Assembly: GCA_012517355.1 (NCBI GenBank)
Contig: JAAYVD010000022.1
Coordinates: forward strand, 75,011-139,010
Direction of reading: 5' to 3'
Length of the DNA stretch: 64,000 bases
Source: Candidatus Rifleibacteriota bacterium
GTDB lineage: Bacteria > Muiribacteriota > Ozemobacteria > Ozemobacterales > Ozemobacteraceae
A program made the translations under genes and the position numbers. The notes under the pieces were generated by a model. The model was not told the DNA's origin. It was given only the letters and a program-made list of their open reading frames with translations, and searched no databases. Within the stretch, counting starts at the first letter, position 1, and the number at the start of each line of letters is the position of its first letter. This document shows positions 29,333-38,884 of this stretch, one piece after another.

Positions 29333-31507
29333 TCATTGCGGCAAGAAAACGCATTTTCCCATTTCCACTTCCTCGGGGGTGACCTTGAAGGTCACGGCAG
29401 CCGATGCTGCCTGCTCCAGGAATCTGAACTCGTAGTGGTCTTCCGTATGGACCCTTCCCCCGTGGTCGCCGGTCGGGTAGGCCACCCGGAAGCGGATTTC
29501 GCCAGCGGGGCCGGTTTTCCCCGTCACCTGATACGGCAGGTGCATGGCACCGAAAGTGATCCAGAGCCTGGCCGTGTAGGCGACCTCCGGGGGGCCCTGG
29601 CCGAGGATTTCCGCTCCCTCCACCACTTCGAAGATCTTGGTGAGCGCTCTGGATTTTTTATTGGAGGTGAGGAACCGGCATCGGAACCTGGACACCCCTT
29701 CCCAGGCGATGTTCTCCCTCCCCTGGAGGCCGAAGGAATCGAACAATTGGGCGATGGGAAGGGTTGGGGATGCGTTCTCCACCGGTCGTGGGGCCCTTCC
29801 CTCTTCCCGCGCCAGGACCGCCTCCATGACTTTCAGACTTTCCAAGACATCGGGAGTCAGAAAAAGAAACCGGATGTTGGCCTTCCGGCATTGGGTGTAG
29901 AGGTCATCTGGCTTCAGGGAAAGGAAGAGACGGGACATGGTGGCCACGCCTCTTTGGGTGTTTGCGGCAACGGTAGGACGCTGTCCGTAATAGGCAATGA
30001 AATTTCCCTCGTCCCAGAAATTCAGAACCCCATAGGCAGGCATTGAACCGTCAGCATAGCCGCCAGGGTCCGGCGTATGTTCCCGGAGCCATTGGATCCC
30101 CTCGAAAACATAGGGTACAAGAGGGTTTGGCTGGAGGAGGGTGCTGAAATTCAGGTGGAGCGAAAGAAGCACCGGGATGGCCAACAAAGCTGCCGTCCTT
30201 CCCGCCTTCCAGCCACTTGTCGGGGAACCCCCGATTGGCTTCAACACGTGGAATAGGTGAAATAGGACCAGCCCCAGGAGCAGGCCATTCGCCGGGCCCA
30301 TCCAGCGGAAAAACCTCGTCTGGACCAGCCCCAATCCCATGGTGATGAAAGCCCAATGGACGAGGATCCATATGTTCGGAAGCTTGGGGGACCGGTCGTT
30401 GGGAAAAACGGCCAAGAGGAGAAAGAAAGGATACAGGCCAAACCGCTCGAAAATTCTGAGAAGGTGGGAATCGATCATTCCCCACCCGGAAACATTGAGA
30501 ATGGAGCCCATTTCCTGAACCGTGGCGAGAATGGGATCCGTCCTGGCAAGGAACATCCCGCCTTCCTGGAGGGTCTTTGGGAAAACCAGGGCGATCAGGA
30601 CGCTTCCCGCCCCCAGCATGGCGAATCGGAGCGAGGTGGGGATCTTTTCCCCCAACCTGCTCTCCATCTGGAACATCAGGAAGAAAAATGCCCCACCCAG
30701 GATAACCAACGAGGCGTGGATCCATCCAAAGCCATCGAAGATCGATCCCGAAACCATGGGCGGGTACCGGAGGAAATACAAGGCGATCACCCCTCCGCCA
30801 ACCAGCATGCCGGAACCGGAAAACTCGAAAATCGCCTCACACTCGGGTTTTTTTGCCAACCACAGGACCAGCATCCAGGCTCCGAACAGGCCGAAGAAAA
30901 ACGGCGCTCCCTGCCAGGTTGCCAGGAAAGCCGCGCAGACCGCCCCTCCTAGAATCTTGAGTTCCGGGGCTCGGGACTGCACGTATCGGGTGCACAGGAA
31001 AATCCAACTCCAGAGCCACAAGTTCTCCAGCCAATGGTGATCGACCCCGAGGAAAGAATTGGTCAGGGCCTGGGGAAACCCGGGGAGACTACCGAGGGCA
31101 ACCAGGCAGCAGAAAGGAAAATTCCTGGTCAGTTTCCAAAGGGTGAGAACCATGAACAGGCTCAGGATTACACCGCCCAGTGGAGGGAAAATCCCGATGA
31201 TCAGTTCTGGCTGGGAAGTCAGAGAGGGCATGATGGCAAATGCCAGCTGGGTGAATTTGACGAGAAACCAGAGGTAAAGGGGGGGGAAATTGACGGTAAA
31301 TGTATCCGGGAAGGTCATGTACCGGTCGGTTTCGAGAGGGCGGCCTTGAAGAAGGGATTGCTCGAACCACCGGAGATACAGAACCGAATCCGGGTCACCC
31401 ATGGGGAACTTGCCTTCCCAGGGATGACACAATTCCACTTTATTGAAGGCCCAAACGAGTTGGACCAAGAAGAGAGCAGCCAGGATCCAGACTTGGCGGC
31501 GGGTCAT
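29333..31507 (-). CDS. Polytopic GT-C-fold membrane glycosyltransferase with features like the STT3/AglB/PglB (GT66) oligosaccharyltransferase family
   Basis: About 13 TM helices followed by a ~230-aa C-terminal soluble domain. Loop-1 acidic motif GDPDSVLYLRWFE. A TVQE motif (compare TIxE/SVSE of EL5). FWDEGNFIAYY just after the last TM, at the position of WWDYG. It sits immediately upstream of the pilin gene. Confidence 0.5.
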   Translation of the reverse strand: MTRRQVWILAALFLVQLVWAFNKVELCHPWEGKFPMGDPDSVLYLRWFEQSLLQGRPLETDRYMTFPDTFTVNFPPLYLWFLVKFTQLAFAIMPSLTSQPELIIGIFPPLGGVILSLFMVLTLWKLTRNFPFCCLVALGSLPGFPQALTNSFLGVDHHWLENLWLWSWIFLCTRYVQSRAPELKILGGAVCAAFLATWQGAPFFFGLFGAWMLVLWLAKKPECEAIFEFSGSGMLVGGGVIALYFLRYPPMVSGSIFDGFGWIHASLVILGGAFFFLMFQMESRLGEKIPTSLRFAMLGAGSVLIALVFPKTLQEGGMFLARTDPILATVQEMGSILNVSGWGMIDSHLLRIFERFGLYPFFLLLAVFPNDRSPKLPNIWILVHWAFITMGLGLVQTRFFRWMGPANGLLLGLVLFHLFHVLKPIGGSPTSGWKAGRTAALLAIPVLLSLHLNFSTLLQPNPLVPYVFEGIQWLREHTPDPGGYADGSMPAYGVLNFWDEGNFIAYYGQRPTVAANTQRGVATMSRLFLSLKPDDLYTQCRKANIRFLFLTPDVLESLKVMEAVLAREEGRAPRPVENASPTLPIAQLFDSFGLQGRENIAWEGVSRFRCRFLTSNKKSRALTKIFEVVEGAEILGQGPPEVAYTARLWITFGAMHLPYQVTGKTGPAGEIRFRVAYPTGDHGGRVHTEDHYEFRFLEQAASAAVTFKVTPEEVEMGKCVFLPQ

Positions 31508-31721
31508 TTCACGGGTGCCTCATCAACCAAGGGGAAATGCCAAGGGATGCATGTTGCAAACCGTTTGCCTTCCTACTACTGTGGAATGTGTGATAAATTC
31601 GCGATCCGCTCAGGTGGGTGAATCTTCAGGGTAACCGGATCTGCCGGGTTTGTCCAGATTTCTATGAGGCCCCCAGCCCGCCGTCCGGATCGATCCGCGA
31701 CCGAAGACAGGTGATGCCGGG

Positions 31722-34100
31722 ATGGCGGAGGGACGGCAGAATCCCCCGTTTGTCCGAGACCCGGGGATGGCTGCTCATCGAGTGGGATTCGGCAGGAGAA
31801 GAATGTCGGCGTTGATGGATGGACAACGGTCAGGGCAGGACGGGGGGGCAAGCCCGACGGTGGAGCAGGGTTCGGGGCCCGCCCTGGTTGGTTCACCGTT
31901 TCCAATAAAAGCGGAGGCTTCCCAGTCAGAAGCGGAATCTGGAAAGCCGTCGCCTTCAGCCGTCTGGTGGGTCCTTCCCTGGTGGCTGGCCGGCATTCTT
32001 GGAATCATCGGCTATCCGCTCCTTTCGGGAGCGGTCCAGCCGAAATGGGATTCCCTGCATCTCGGGTATCCCTCCATTGTCTTCATGACCGATGCCTATG
32101 CCGAAGGACGGTTCCCCCTCTGGGACCCGTACACATCTTGCGGTTATCCCTTCCATGCGGCTTTGGGTGGGATTCTCAGCCCGCTCTACATCCTCGCCGG
32201 AAAACTCTTCGCCAACGGCGGGACCGGGTATGCCATGATCTGGTTGTTCATCTGGTGGTGGGCGGGGGTGGGAATCTTGGTCTGGTGCCGTTCACGGGGG
32301 TATTCCCCCTGGGGCGGCCTCTTGGCGGCGATGACCTTCATGTTCTCGGGGATTTTTGTGGGGACTGCCCCGCAAATCTCCATCCTTTCCGTCGGCGCCT
32401 GGACTCCCTGGCTCATCTGGTGCATCGAGCAGGGAACCCTTCGCCATCACCTCGGATTCGGGCTCCTGGCTGGCCTTTGCGGAGGCCTCGGAGCTCATGG
32501 GGGGTATCCAACCCTCCATGCATTCTCCTTTCTCGTCGCCGCGGGGTGGGTCCTACTCGATAGCTGGTTCCGGCTCCGTTCCGAGGGCCTTCAGGGGCAG
32601 TTCCCCGCCTGGTTGAAGGGGGTCCTGACCAACTGCCTCCTTGCCGGCGTCATCACCCTCCTCGTGTGGGCCCCCGCCGTGACTGCGTTTCTGCAGGAAG
32701 GGGCGGGGTTCACCGACCGGGTCGATCCCCTGCCGGCGGAGGTGGCCAACCATTATGGCATTTTCCCTCCCTCGGCCATGCCTTCGGTCTTCTTCCCGTA
32801 TCTTTCCATCGCAGGTCTGAACGTCCTCCCCTGGGATGTCGCCCTGACCAACGGGTTCTGTGGAATTTTCACCCCCTTTCTCCTCCTGTTTTTCTTCCTG
32901 GAACGCCGAAAGCAGGGAAAGACCCCTTGGCCATGGATCCTGTTCGTGGGGTTCATGATCCTCATGTCCTTCGGCGGGAAAGGGGTCGTCCGGTTGTTCG
33001 TGAACGTCCTTTTCCCGCCCCTGAAATACATGCGACACAGCTCCTTTTTCCGGGTTTTCTGGATGCTCGGCCTTTCCCTCTGGCTCGGCGAGGCGGTCAC
33101 CACCCTCCTCGACTCCCGGTCGGCCACCAGGGAGGCCTCGCTCCGCCAGGCATGGTGCTGGTTCGCCGCCCTGGTCGGCCTGGCCGCTCTCGGCGTGACC
33201 TGGCTCCTGCCCCTGGAAACCGCATCCTTCCGGGTGTTGATCCGGATCTTCTGCCCCGGGGTATTGGGCTTGGTGGGTGCGGCACTGTTGGTGCGGTTCT
33301 TCTCCCAGCCGACAACGGGGAACGCCCGCTGGGGGTGGCTGGCCCTTCTGCTCCTCGTCCACCTCGACCTGGGTTTCCATTTCTGGAACAACCAGTTCAC
33401 CGTCTGGGAACCCGCCAACGACATCCCATGGGCCGAGAGCCGTCGCGTGCGGCAGACGACCATCCTTGGGGAGCCGGGGGGCCGGGGCCCTCCCTTCGCC
33501 TTCGGGTTCTTCAACGCCCAGCAGGTGCTCAAGGTTTTCGTGGCGCAAGGGTACATCACCATGAAGGACCAAGGGTTCGACGAGATCCTTTGCCGGAGCC
33601 CGTTTCTTTCGGTCCTGCGGTCGCCGGTCCGCTTCTGGCTTACCCCCGCCTGGCAGATCGGGGTTCCCCGCGAGGAGATTCTGCAACGGTTGAAGGACGT
33701 TTCCGCCTCGCATCCCGTCCCCGTGCTCCTCGAAGCATCGGAATCCCTGGCCCCCGGGTCGGGGGTGCCGGTGGTACCAGGAACCCTCGGCCAGGTGGCT
33801 TGCCGGAAGTTCTCTCCTGAGGAGATTGAACTTTCTGTGAACAACCCTGGTTCCGCCCCCCTCATGCTCGCCACCACCGAACGGTTCGCCGCGGGGTGGA
33901 AAGGATGGGTGGACGAGGTGCCGACCCAGGTTCTCAAGGTGAATGGGTGTTTCCGGGGAATGCTGGTGCCCCCGGGGAAGCACGAGGTGGTTTTCCGGTA
34001 TCTCCCGGCGGGGTGGCATGCCCTGGTGGCTCTCTCGCTTGCCACCTTCCTGCTCACGATCCTGTTGACGGTGTGGGCTTTCCGTTTCCGGAAGGCATGA
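31722..34100 (+). CDS. YfhO-like large membrane protein (GT-C-type periplasmic glycosyltransferase candidate). The true start is probably downstream of 31722.
   Basis: About 14 N-terminal TM helices, a ~190-aa extracytoplasmic domain and a final C-terminal TM helix (LATFLLTILLTVWAF), which is the YfhO topology. The N-terminal 60 aa of the ORF look like non-coding extension. Confidence 0.5.
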   Translation: MAEGRQNPPFVRDPGMAAHRVGFGRRRMSALMDGQRSGQDGGASPTVEQGSGPALVGSPFPIKAEASQSEAESGKPSPSAVWWVLPWWLAGILGIIGYPLLSGAVQPKWDSLHLGYPSIVFMTDAYAEGRFPLWDPYTSCGYPFHAALGGILSPLYILAGKLFANGGTGYAMIWLFIWWWAGVGILVWCRSRGYSPWGGLLAAMTFMFSGIFVGTAPQISILSVGAWTPWLIWCIEQGTLRHHLGFGLLAGLCGGLGAHGGYPTLHAFSFLVAAGWVLLDSWFRLRSEGLQGQFPAWLKGVLTNCLLAGVITLLVWAPAVTAFLQEGAGFTDRVDPLPAEVANHYGIFPPSAMPSVFFPYLSIAGLNVLPWDVALTNGFCGIFTPFLLLFFFLERRKQGKTPWPWILFVGFMILMSFGGKGVVRLFVNVLFPPLKYMRHSSFFRVFWMLGLSLWLGEAVTTLLDSRSATREASLRQAWCWFAALVGLAALGVTWLLPLETASFRVLIRIFCPGVLGLVGAALLVRFFSQPTTGNARWGWLALLLLVHLDLGFHFWNNQFTVWEPANDIPWAESRRVRQTTILGEPGGRGPPFAFGFFNAQQVLKVFVAQGYITMKDQGFDEILCRSPFLSVLRSPVRFWLTPAWQIGVPREEILQRLKDVSASHPVPVLLEASESLAPGSGVPVVPGTLGQVACRKFSPEEIELSVNNPGSAPLMLATTERFAAGWKGWVDEVPTQVLKVNGCFRGMLVPPGKHEVVFRYLPAGWHALVALSLATFLLTILLTVWAFRFRKA

Positions 34101-34142
34101 TTCCCGGGGGGCGGGAAGCCCTTCCCGGCCGAGGGTCTGCGG

Positions 34143-35597
34143 TCAGCCCGACCGCTTCCAGGCGAGGAGGGTGAGGGCGATGCGGGCCTTCTGCAGGAAG
34201 TCCCGCCAGCTCGAGAGGCGGCGGAAGCGCTTCCACAGGTAGGAGGGGCGGAAGTAGAAGCGCCAGTTCAGACCGCGGAGGATCCGGTCGAGGCGCGGTT
34301 TCTTCAAATGGGGGTAGGAAATGAAGGACTCCCGCATCGGGTCGATCGGCTCATACTCGGGCCTGATCATCCATCCCTTCGCCCGGGCGATCGCGTTGAA
34401 TTCCGTGAAGGGGAAGGGCGTGCAGATCGAGAACAACACGTAGTCCACGTCCAGTTTCAGGAGCTCCCGGAAGGTGTGATCGATCGTGGCCTCCGTCTCG
34501 AGGGGAGAGGAGGCCAGCAGGATGTTCAGTTCCGGTTCGATCCCGGCCGCCTTGACGTTGGCCACGGCGGGCCCGATCTGCTCGACGCGGTAGCCCTTGC
34601 CGATGTCGTCGATGATCGCCTGGGAAAAGGATTCCACGCCGATGTCGATGTAGCGGCAGCCCGCCCTGCCCATGGCGTGAAGGATTTCCGGGTCCTGCAG
34701 GCGGTCCACGCGGGCCAGACAGGACCATTCCAACCCGAGCGGTTGCATGCCCTCGGCGATGGCCAGAGCCCGCTCCTTTCCCCAGATGAACTGGTCGTCG
34801 AGGAACGAGATGGCCCGGAACCCTTCCCGGGCGAGGCTGGCGCACTCCGCCACGACATTGGCCGCGCTCCGCAGGCGGACGGGAGGCTTGCCGTGGGGCT
34901 CCGCCCAGCGCTTGAACTCGATTTCCCGGGCGAAACTCTGGGAATTGGGCACGCAGAACCGGCAGGCATACCCGCATCCGCGGGAGGCGACCATCGTGGT
35001 GCAGGGAGACCGGGACAACTTGGGGTTGCCGAAATCCAGGCCCCGAAGGAAAGACCGGTCGGGGAAGGGGAGGCTGTCGAGGTCCTCCAGCAGTGGTGGG
35101 GCGGCGGTGCCCACGGGACTCCCCCCGTCGAGGAAGGAGATGCCGGGAACGGAGGCGAGCGGGCGTTTCCCGAGAAAGGCTTCGAGCAGGGCGAGAACGC
35201 GGGTTTCGGGTTCCCCGCGGATGACGACCGAGGTGGAATCGAGGAACCGCTCGGGGGTGGCGGTGGGTTGGGTGGAGAAGAAGACGAACCGGGTGTGGGG
35301 ATGCCTTGCCTTCAGGGCATCGCGGGCCAGCAGGTCGGTGGCCGCCGAGAGAAAGACGGTGGAGAGGAACACGACGTCGTGGTCGAGAGAGTCGGCATCC
35401 CGCAGGAACTCGTTCTTCCCCTTGCCGGCGGCGGGGTAATCCCGATACTCGGTGGGGTATCCGGCCTGCCGGAGCATGGTGGCCGGGTACAGCAGGAAGA
35501 TGTTGGCCTGGGAATACAGCCCGTAGTTGCAGCCGAAGATCCGTTCGGCGGCGGGCTTGCCATCGAGGGCGGGGGGCACCAGGAACAGGCATCTCAT
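34143..35597 (-). CDS. B12-binding-domain radical SAM enzyme. The start ATG overlaps the upstream GT2 stop as ATGA.
   Basis: N-terminal B12-binding-like domain (MRCLFLVPP...). CxxxCxxC radical SAM cluster motif RGCGYACRFC. The 626-aa ORF extension upstream is in the GT2 gene's region and is spurious. Confidence 0.8.
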   Translation of the reverse strand: MRCLFLVPPALDGKPAAERIFGCNYGLYSQANIFLLYPATMLRQAGYPTEYRDYPAAGKGKNEFLRDADSLDHDVVFLSTVFLSAATDLLARDALKARHPHTRFVFFSTQPTATPERFLDSTSVVIRGEPETRVLALLEAFLGKRPLASVPGISFLDGGSPVGTAAPPLLEDLDSLPFPDRSFLRGLDFGNPKLSRSPCTTMVASRGCGYACRFCVPNSQSFAREIEFKRWAEPHGKPPVRLRSAANVVAECASLAREGFRAISFLDDQFIWGKERALAIAEGMQPLGLEWSCLARVDRLQDPEILHAMGRAGCRYIDIGVESFSQAIIDDIGKGYRVEQIGPAVANVKAAGIEPELNILLASSPLETEATIDHTFRELLKLDVDYVLFSICTPFPFTEFNAIARAKGWMIRPEYEPIDPMRESFISYPHLKKPRLDRILRGLNWRFYFRPSYLWKRFRRLSSWRDFLQKARIALTLLAWKRSG

Positions 35598-36421
35598 GCG
35601 GCGGTCCTTCCTTGCCAGCCGAATTCCGAGAGCAGATAGGCCCATCGGATGGCAGCGGCGGGCAGCGCTTGCAGGGCCATTTCCAGCCCGAACCGCAGGA
35701 GGTCGGCGGTCTCCCAACGGTATCCCAGGCGTCGGACCGCCTCGCGCTTGACCTTGAGGGTGGCCCCCAGCACCTCTTTCACCCTGGCCATGCGGGTGGC
35801 CTGGGGCGACAGGCGGTAGTCCAGGAGAACCTCGTCCAACGCGGCCAGGCGGCCCCAGCGGGCGATCTCCAGCCACAGGAAGTAGTCCTCGGCGTACCGG
35901 AACGCTTCCCGGTAGCGAAGCCGGTGACCGGGAACCAATGAGCGGCGGATCATGACCGTGGGATGGAGGAGCGGATTGGCCCACAGCGGGGATCCAGCCA
36001 CGCGGCAGGACCGGATCCTGCACAGGCTCCGGCCGTCGCGGTCGATGTAGCGGAGGGCGGTTCCGACCACCGCCACGTCGGGGTTGGCCTCGAGGAAATC
36101 CACCTGCCGGCGGAACCGCTGCGGGTGGGCGAGGTCGTCGGCGTCCATGCGGGCGAGAAAGCGCCCCTGGCAGGCGGCGAGGCCCCGATTGAGGGCCCGG
36201 ACGATACCCGTGTTCACCGTCAGGGAGATGACCCGCAGGCGGTCGTCACGGGCGGCGGCTTCCCGGAGGAGGGAGGCCGTGTCGTCCGTGGATCCGTCAT
36301 CGACCGCCACCAGTTCGAAGTCGCCGAAGCTCTGGGCGAAGACGCTGTCCAGGGCCGGCCGGAGGTGTTCCCCTCCGTTGTAAACCGGCATCAGGACGGA
36401 AATAATGGGCGGGATCGTCGT
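35594..36421 (-). CDS. Family 2 glycosyltransferase (GT-A fold). I assume a GTG start at 36421.
   Basis: ISVLMPVYNGGEHLRPALDSVFAQSF...ELVAVDDGSTDDT...RMDADD shows the DxD/GT2 signature. The Pro/Arg-rich N-terminal 37 aa of the longest ORF look spurious. Confidence 0.75.
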   Translation of the reverse strand, partial: TTIPPIISVLMPVYNGGEHLRPALDSVFAQSFGDFELVAVDDGSTDDTASLLREAAARDDRLRVISLTVNTGIVRALNRGLAACQGRFLARMDADDLAHPQRFRRQVDFLEANPDVAVVGTALRYIDRDGRSLCRIRSCRVAGSPLWANPLLHPTVMIRRSLVPGHRLRYREAFRYAEDYFLWLEIARWGRLAALDEVLLDYRLSPQATRMARVKEVLGATLKVKREAVRRLGYRWETADLLRFGLEMALQALPAAAIRWAYLLSEFGWQGRTAA

Positions 36422-36449
36422 CACCCTGGCCTTCCCTGGACGATTCCTC

Positions 36450-36842
36450 TCACCTGGATCGTCCCACGCCCTGGGTCTGGGCTTTGAGGATGGCCAGCTC
36501 CTGGACGAGGTTCTTGATCTGGGTGGTGACCGTGGCATCCCGCATCGAGGCTTGGAGGGCCAGCACCATCAGGAACAGTTGTCCGAAAAAGAAGATGGCC
36601 GAGGCCGGGGCGGCGATTCCCAGGAAATGGGTGAGCCGCCGCAGGATCGGGTAATTGGTTCCCAGCAGGAAGGTGAGCGACCCGACGCCCAGCCAGAGCC
36701 ACGAGTCGTCTTCCTTGACCTTCCGACGTCGGACGAGTTCCAGGGTGAGGAAGAACACGGCGGCGCTCAGGCTGACGATCAGGGTGCGCTGCCGCGGGGG
36801 CAGGTCGCTGGCTTCGGGGTCGTTGGTCATGGGCGTCTCCAA
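36450..36842 (-). CDS. Small 3-TM membrane protein of the kind found next to GtrB-like GT2 genes (DUF2304/GtrA-like candidate)
   Basis: 130 aa, three TM helices, a C-terminal amphipathic/coiled segment. Located between two GT2 genes. Confidence 0.5.
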   Translation of the reverse strand: METPMTNDPEASDLPPRQRTLIVSLSAAVFFLTLELVRRRKVKEDDSWLWLGVGSLTFLLGTNYPILRRLTHFLGIAAPASAIFFFGQLFLMVLALQASMRDATVTTQIKNLVQELAILKAQTQGVGRSR

Positions 36843-36894
36843 TCGGCGAAAGATGGTCAGGAGCGGGAAGTGAGTCGGGAAGCGAGTGCGGGCG

Positions 36895-37635
36895 TCAGTC
36901 GGCCTTCCAGAAACTCAACCCTCCCATGTGGCGCAGGAAGATCATGAAGGAAGCCATCAGCATTTTGGCGCAGTAGCGGACGGGGTGGAAGAACCCCGAG
37001 TGCATGCTCTTGGTCCCCGGCGGGGGATGCATGATCACATCGACCTCCCGCATGCGGACTCCGGCATACCGCATCATGATGTAGACGTCGGCGTCGGGGA
37101 AGTCCAGGGGGAAGTGGTCCCGGGTCAGGAGGGCGAGGGCTTTGCGGTTGTAGGCCCGGAAGCCGGAAGTGGGGTCCTGGGGCGGAATACCGGAAAACCA
37201 GCCGATCATCCAGGAGAAGAACCGGCGACCGATCCGGCGGAGCAGGGGAGACTGGTAATCCGATCCGGGATGGTAGCGGTTGCCGATGACGCAATCGGCC
37301 TCTCCGGCCAGCAGCGGGTCGAGGATCCGGGGAATCATGGTGGGGTCGTGCTGTCCGTCGGCATCCATCTGGACGAGGAAGGAAAACCCTGCCTGGAGGG
37401 CATACTTGTACCCGGTCTGCAGCGCCCCGCCGTAGCCGAGGTGGATGGGGAGCTTGAGGCACAGGACTCCCAGGTCGCGGGCCACCCGGGCGGTATCGTC
37501 GGCCGACCCGTCATCGACCACCATGGGGAGCGTGTGGGGGGGAAGGTTCGCCAACAGGGTGCGGAGGGTGCGGGGCAGATTTCCGGCCTCGTTGAAGGCG
37601 GGGATGATGACCAGGATGTGGGCCGGCGCTGTCAT
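36895..37635 (-). CDS. GtrB/DPM1-like family 2 glycosyltransferase (polyprenyl-phosphate sugar synthase type)
   Basis: ILVIIPAFNEAGNL...VVDDGSADDT...VQMDADGQHDP...C-terminal TM helix. The start ATG at 37635 was verified. The N-terminal part of the 647-aa ORF is the antisense shadow of pilC. Confidence 0.8.
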   Translation of the reverse strand: MTAPAHILVIIPAFNEAGNLPRTLRTLLANLPPHTLPMVVDDGSADDTARVARDLGVLCLKLPIHLGYGGALQTGYKYALQAGFSFLVQMDADGQHDPTMIPRILDPLLAGEADCVIGNRYHPGSDYQSPLLRRIGRRFFSWMIGWFSGIPPQDPTSGFRAYNRKALALLTRDHFPLDFPDADVYIMMRYAGVRMREVDVIMHPPPGTKSMHSGFFHPVRYCAKMLMASFMIFLRHMGGLSFWKAD

Positions 37636-37646
37636 CCGTGGCAGGT

Positions 37647-38852
37647 CTACTTCATCTGCTGGACGATCGAGAAGAGCGGCATGAAGACCGACAGGGCGAT
37701 GCCGCCGATCATGACGCCCATGACGACGGTCAGGATGGGAGTCAGGGCGGCGGTCAGGCCGTCGAGGGCTTCGGCCACCTCCTGGTCGAAGAAGTCGGCC
37801 GCCTTTTCCAGCATCTTGTCGAGGTTGCCGGAGTTCTCGCCGACCTCGATCATCTTCTGGACCATGGTGGGGAAGAGGTAGCTGCCCTTGATGGTGGCGG
37901 CGAGGCGTTTGCCACCCTGGACCCCGACGGCCATATCTGCGATCAGGTTTTCGAACAGCTTGTTGCCCATGACCGAACCCGTGATCTTGAGAGCGTTGAG
38001 AATGGGCACGCCGGCGGCCAGCAGGGAGCAGAAGGTGCGGCAGAAGCGGCTGACGGCGACCTTCTTGGTCAGGTTCCCAACGATGGGGGCGCGGACGGCG
38101 AACTGGTTCATCAGGGATTCGCCGATCTCGGTCTGGAGGAACACGTAGATCCCGACCACGGTGGCCGCCGTTCCTCCCAGCCACATGACATAGTTGTCCA
38201 GGAGGCTGTCCGACAAGAAGATCAGGAGCTTGGTGATGGCCGGGAGTTCGGCCTTCATCTTCTTGAACATCTTGGTGAAGTTCGGGAAGATCTTGACCAG
38301 CAGGAACACCACGCAACCTACGGCCAGCACCAGCTGCACGACCGGCATGGTCAGGGCGCCCTTGACCTTGCCGCGCATCTTCGAGTCGGCTTCGGCGAAG
38401 GCGGCCAGCCGGGCCAGGACCTTGTCGAGCATGCCGCCCGCCTCGCCGGCCTCGACCATGTTGCAGAAGATGTTGTTGAAGACCTTGGGATACTTGCGCA
38501 ACCCGGCGGAGAACGGCTGGCCGCTCTGCAGGTCCTTGCCGATCTTTTCCAGGACGCTCTTGAAGAAGGGGTTTTCCGTCTGGTCGCACATGATGCCGAC
38601 CGCCTCGACCAGGGGGATGGCGGAGCCCACCAGGGTCGACAGCTGGACGGTGAAGACCATCAGCTCCTTCGAGGAGACGCTTCCCCCGAACATGCCGCCG
38701 AACCCGCCCGCTTCCTTGGCGGCGGTGGCCTTGACGAGATAATACCCCTTGTCGGACAGGATGGAGGCGAGCTTCTGGATGCTCTCGGCCTCGATCGAAG
38801 TCTTGAGGATCTCGCCTTTGGAGTTCTTGACTTCGCAATCGTATTTCGGCAT
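37647..38852 (-). CDS. pilC: Type IV pilus / T2SS inner-membrane platform protein (GspF/PilC family)
   Basis: 401 aa. Two repeated cytoplasmic domains with three TM helices. The ...GNLDKMLEKAADFFDQEV... pattern is typical of the family. Confidence 0.9.
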   Translation of the reverse strand: MPKYDCEVKNSKGEILKTSIEAESIQKLASILSDKGYYLVKATAAKEAGGFGGMFGGSVSSKELMVFTVQLSTLVGSAIPLVEAVGIMCDQTENPFFKSVLEKIGKDLQSGQPFSAGLRKYPKVFNNIFCNMVEAGEAGGMLDKVLARLAAFAEADSKMRGKVKGALTMPVVQLVLAVGCVVFLLVKIFPNFTKMFKKMKAELPAITKLLIFLSDSLLDNYVMWLGGTAATVVGIYVFLQTEIGESLMNQFAVRAPIVGNLTKKVAVSRFCRTFCSLLAAGVPILNALKITGSVMGNKLFENLIADMAVGVQGGKRLAATIKGSYLFPTMVQKMIEVGENSGNLDKMLEKAADFFDQEVAEALDGLTAALTPILTVVMGVMIGGIALSVFMPLFSIVQQMK

Positions 38853-38884
38853 GGAACCTCCTCAGATCGATTCGCGGACAGGGC

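Noticed and set aside
35597-36023. 142-aa N-terminal extension of the radical SAM ORF. The same kind of extension appears on the GtrB-like GT2 ORF (37636-38838) and on the NagZ ORF (46420-46608).
   Set aside because: The extensions are low-complexity. They run through the neighbouring gene's coding region, or precede verified internal ATGs that align with the expected family N-termini (MRCLFLVPP, MTAPAHILVIIPAFNE, MDLKKQIGQLFVVGY).
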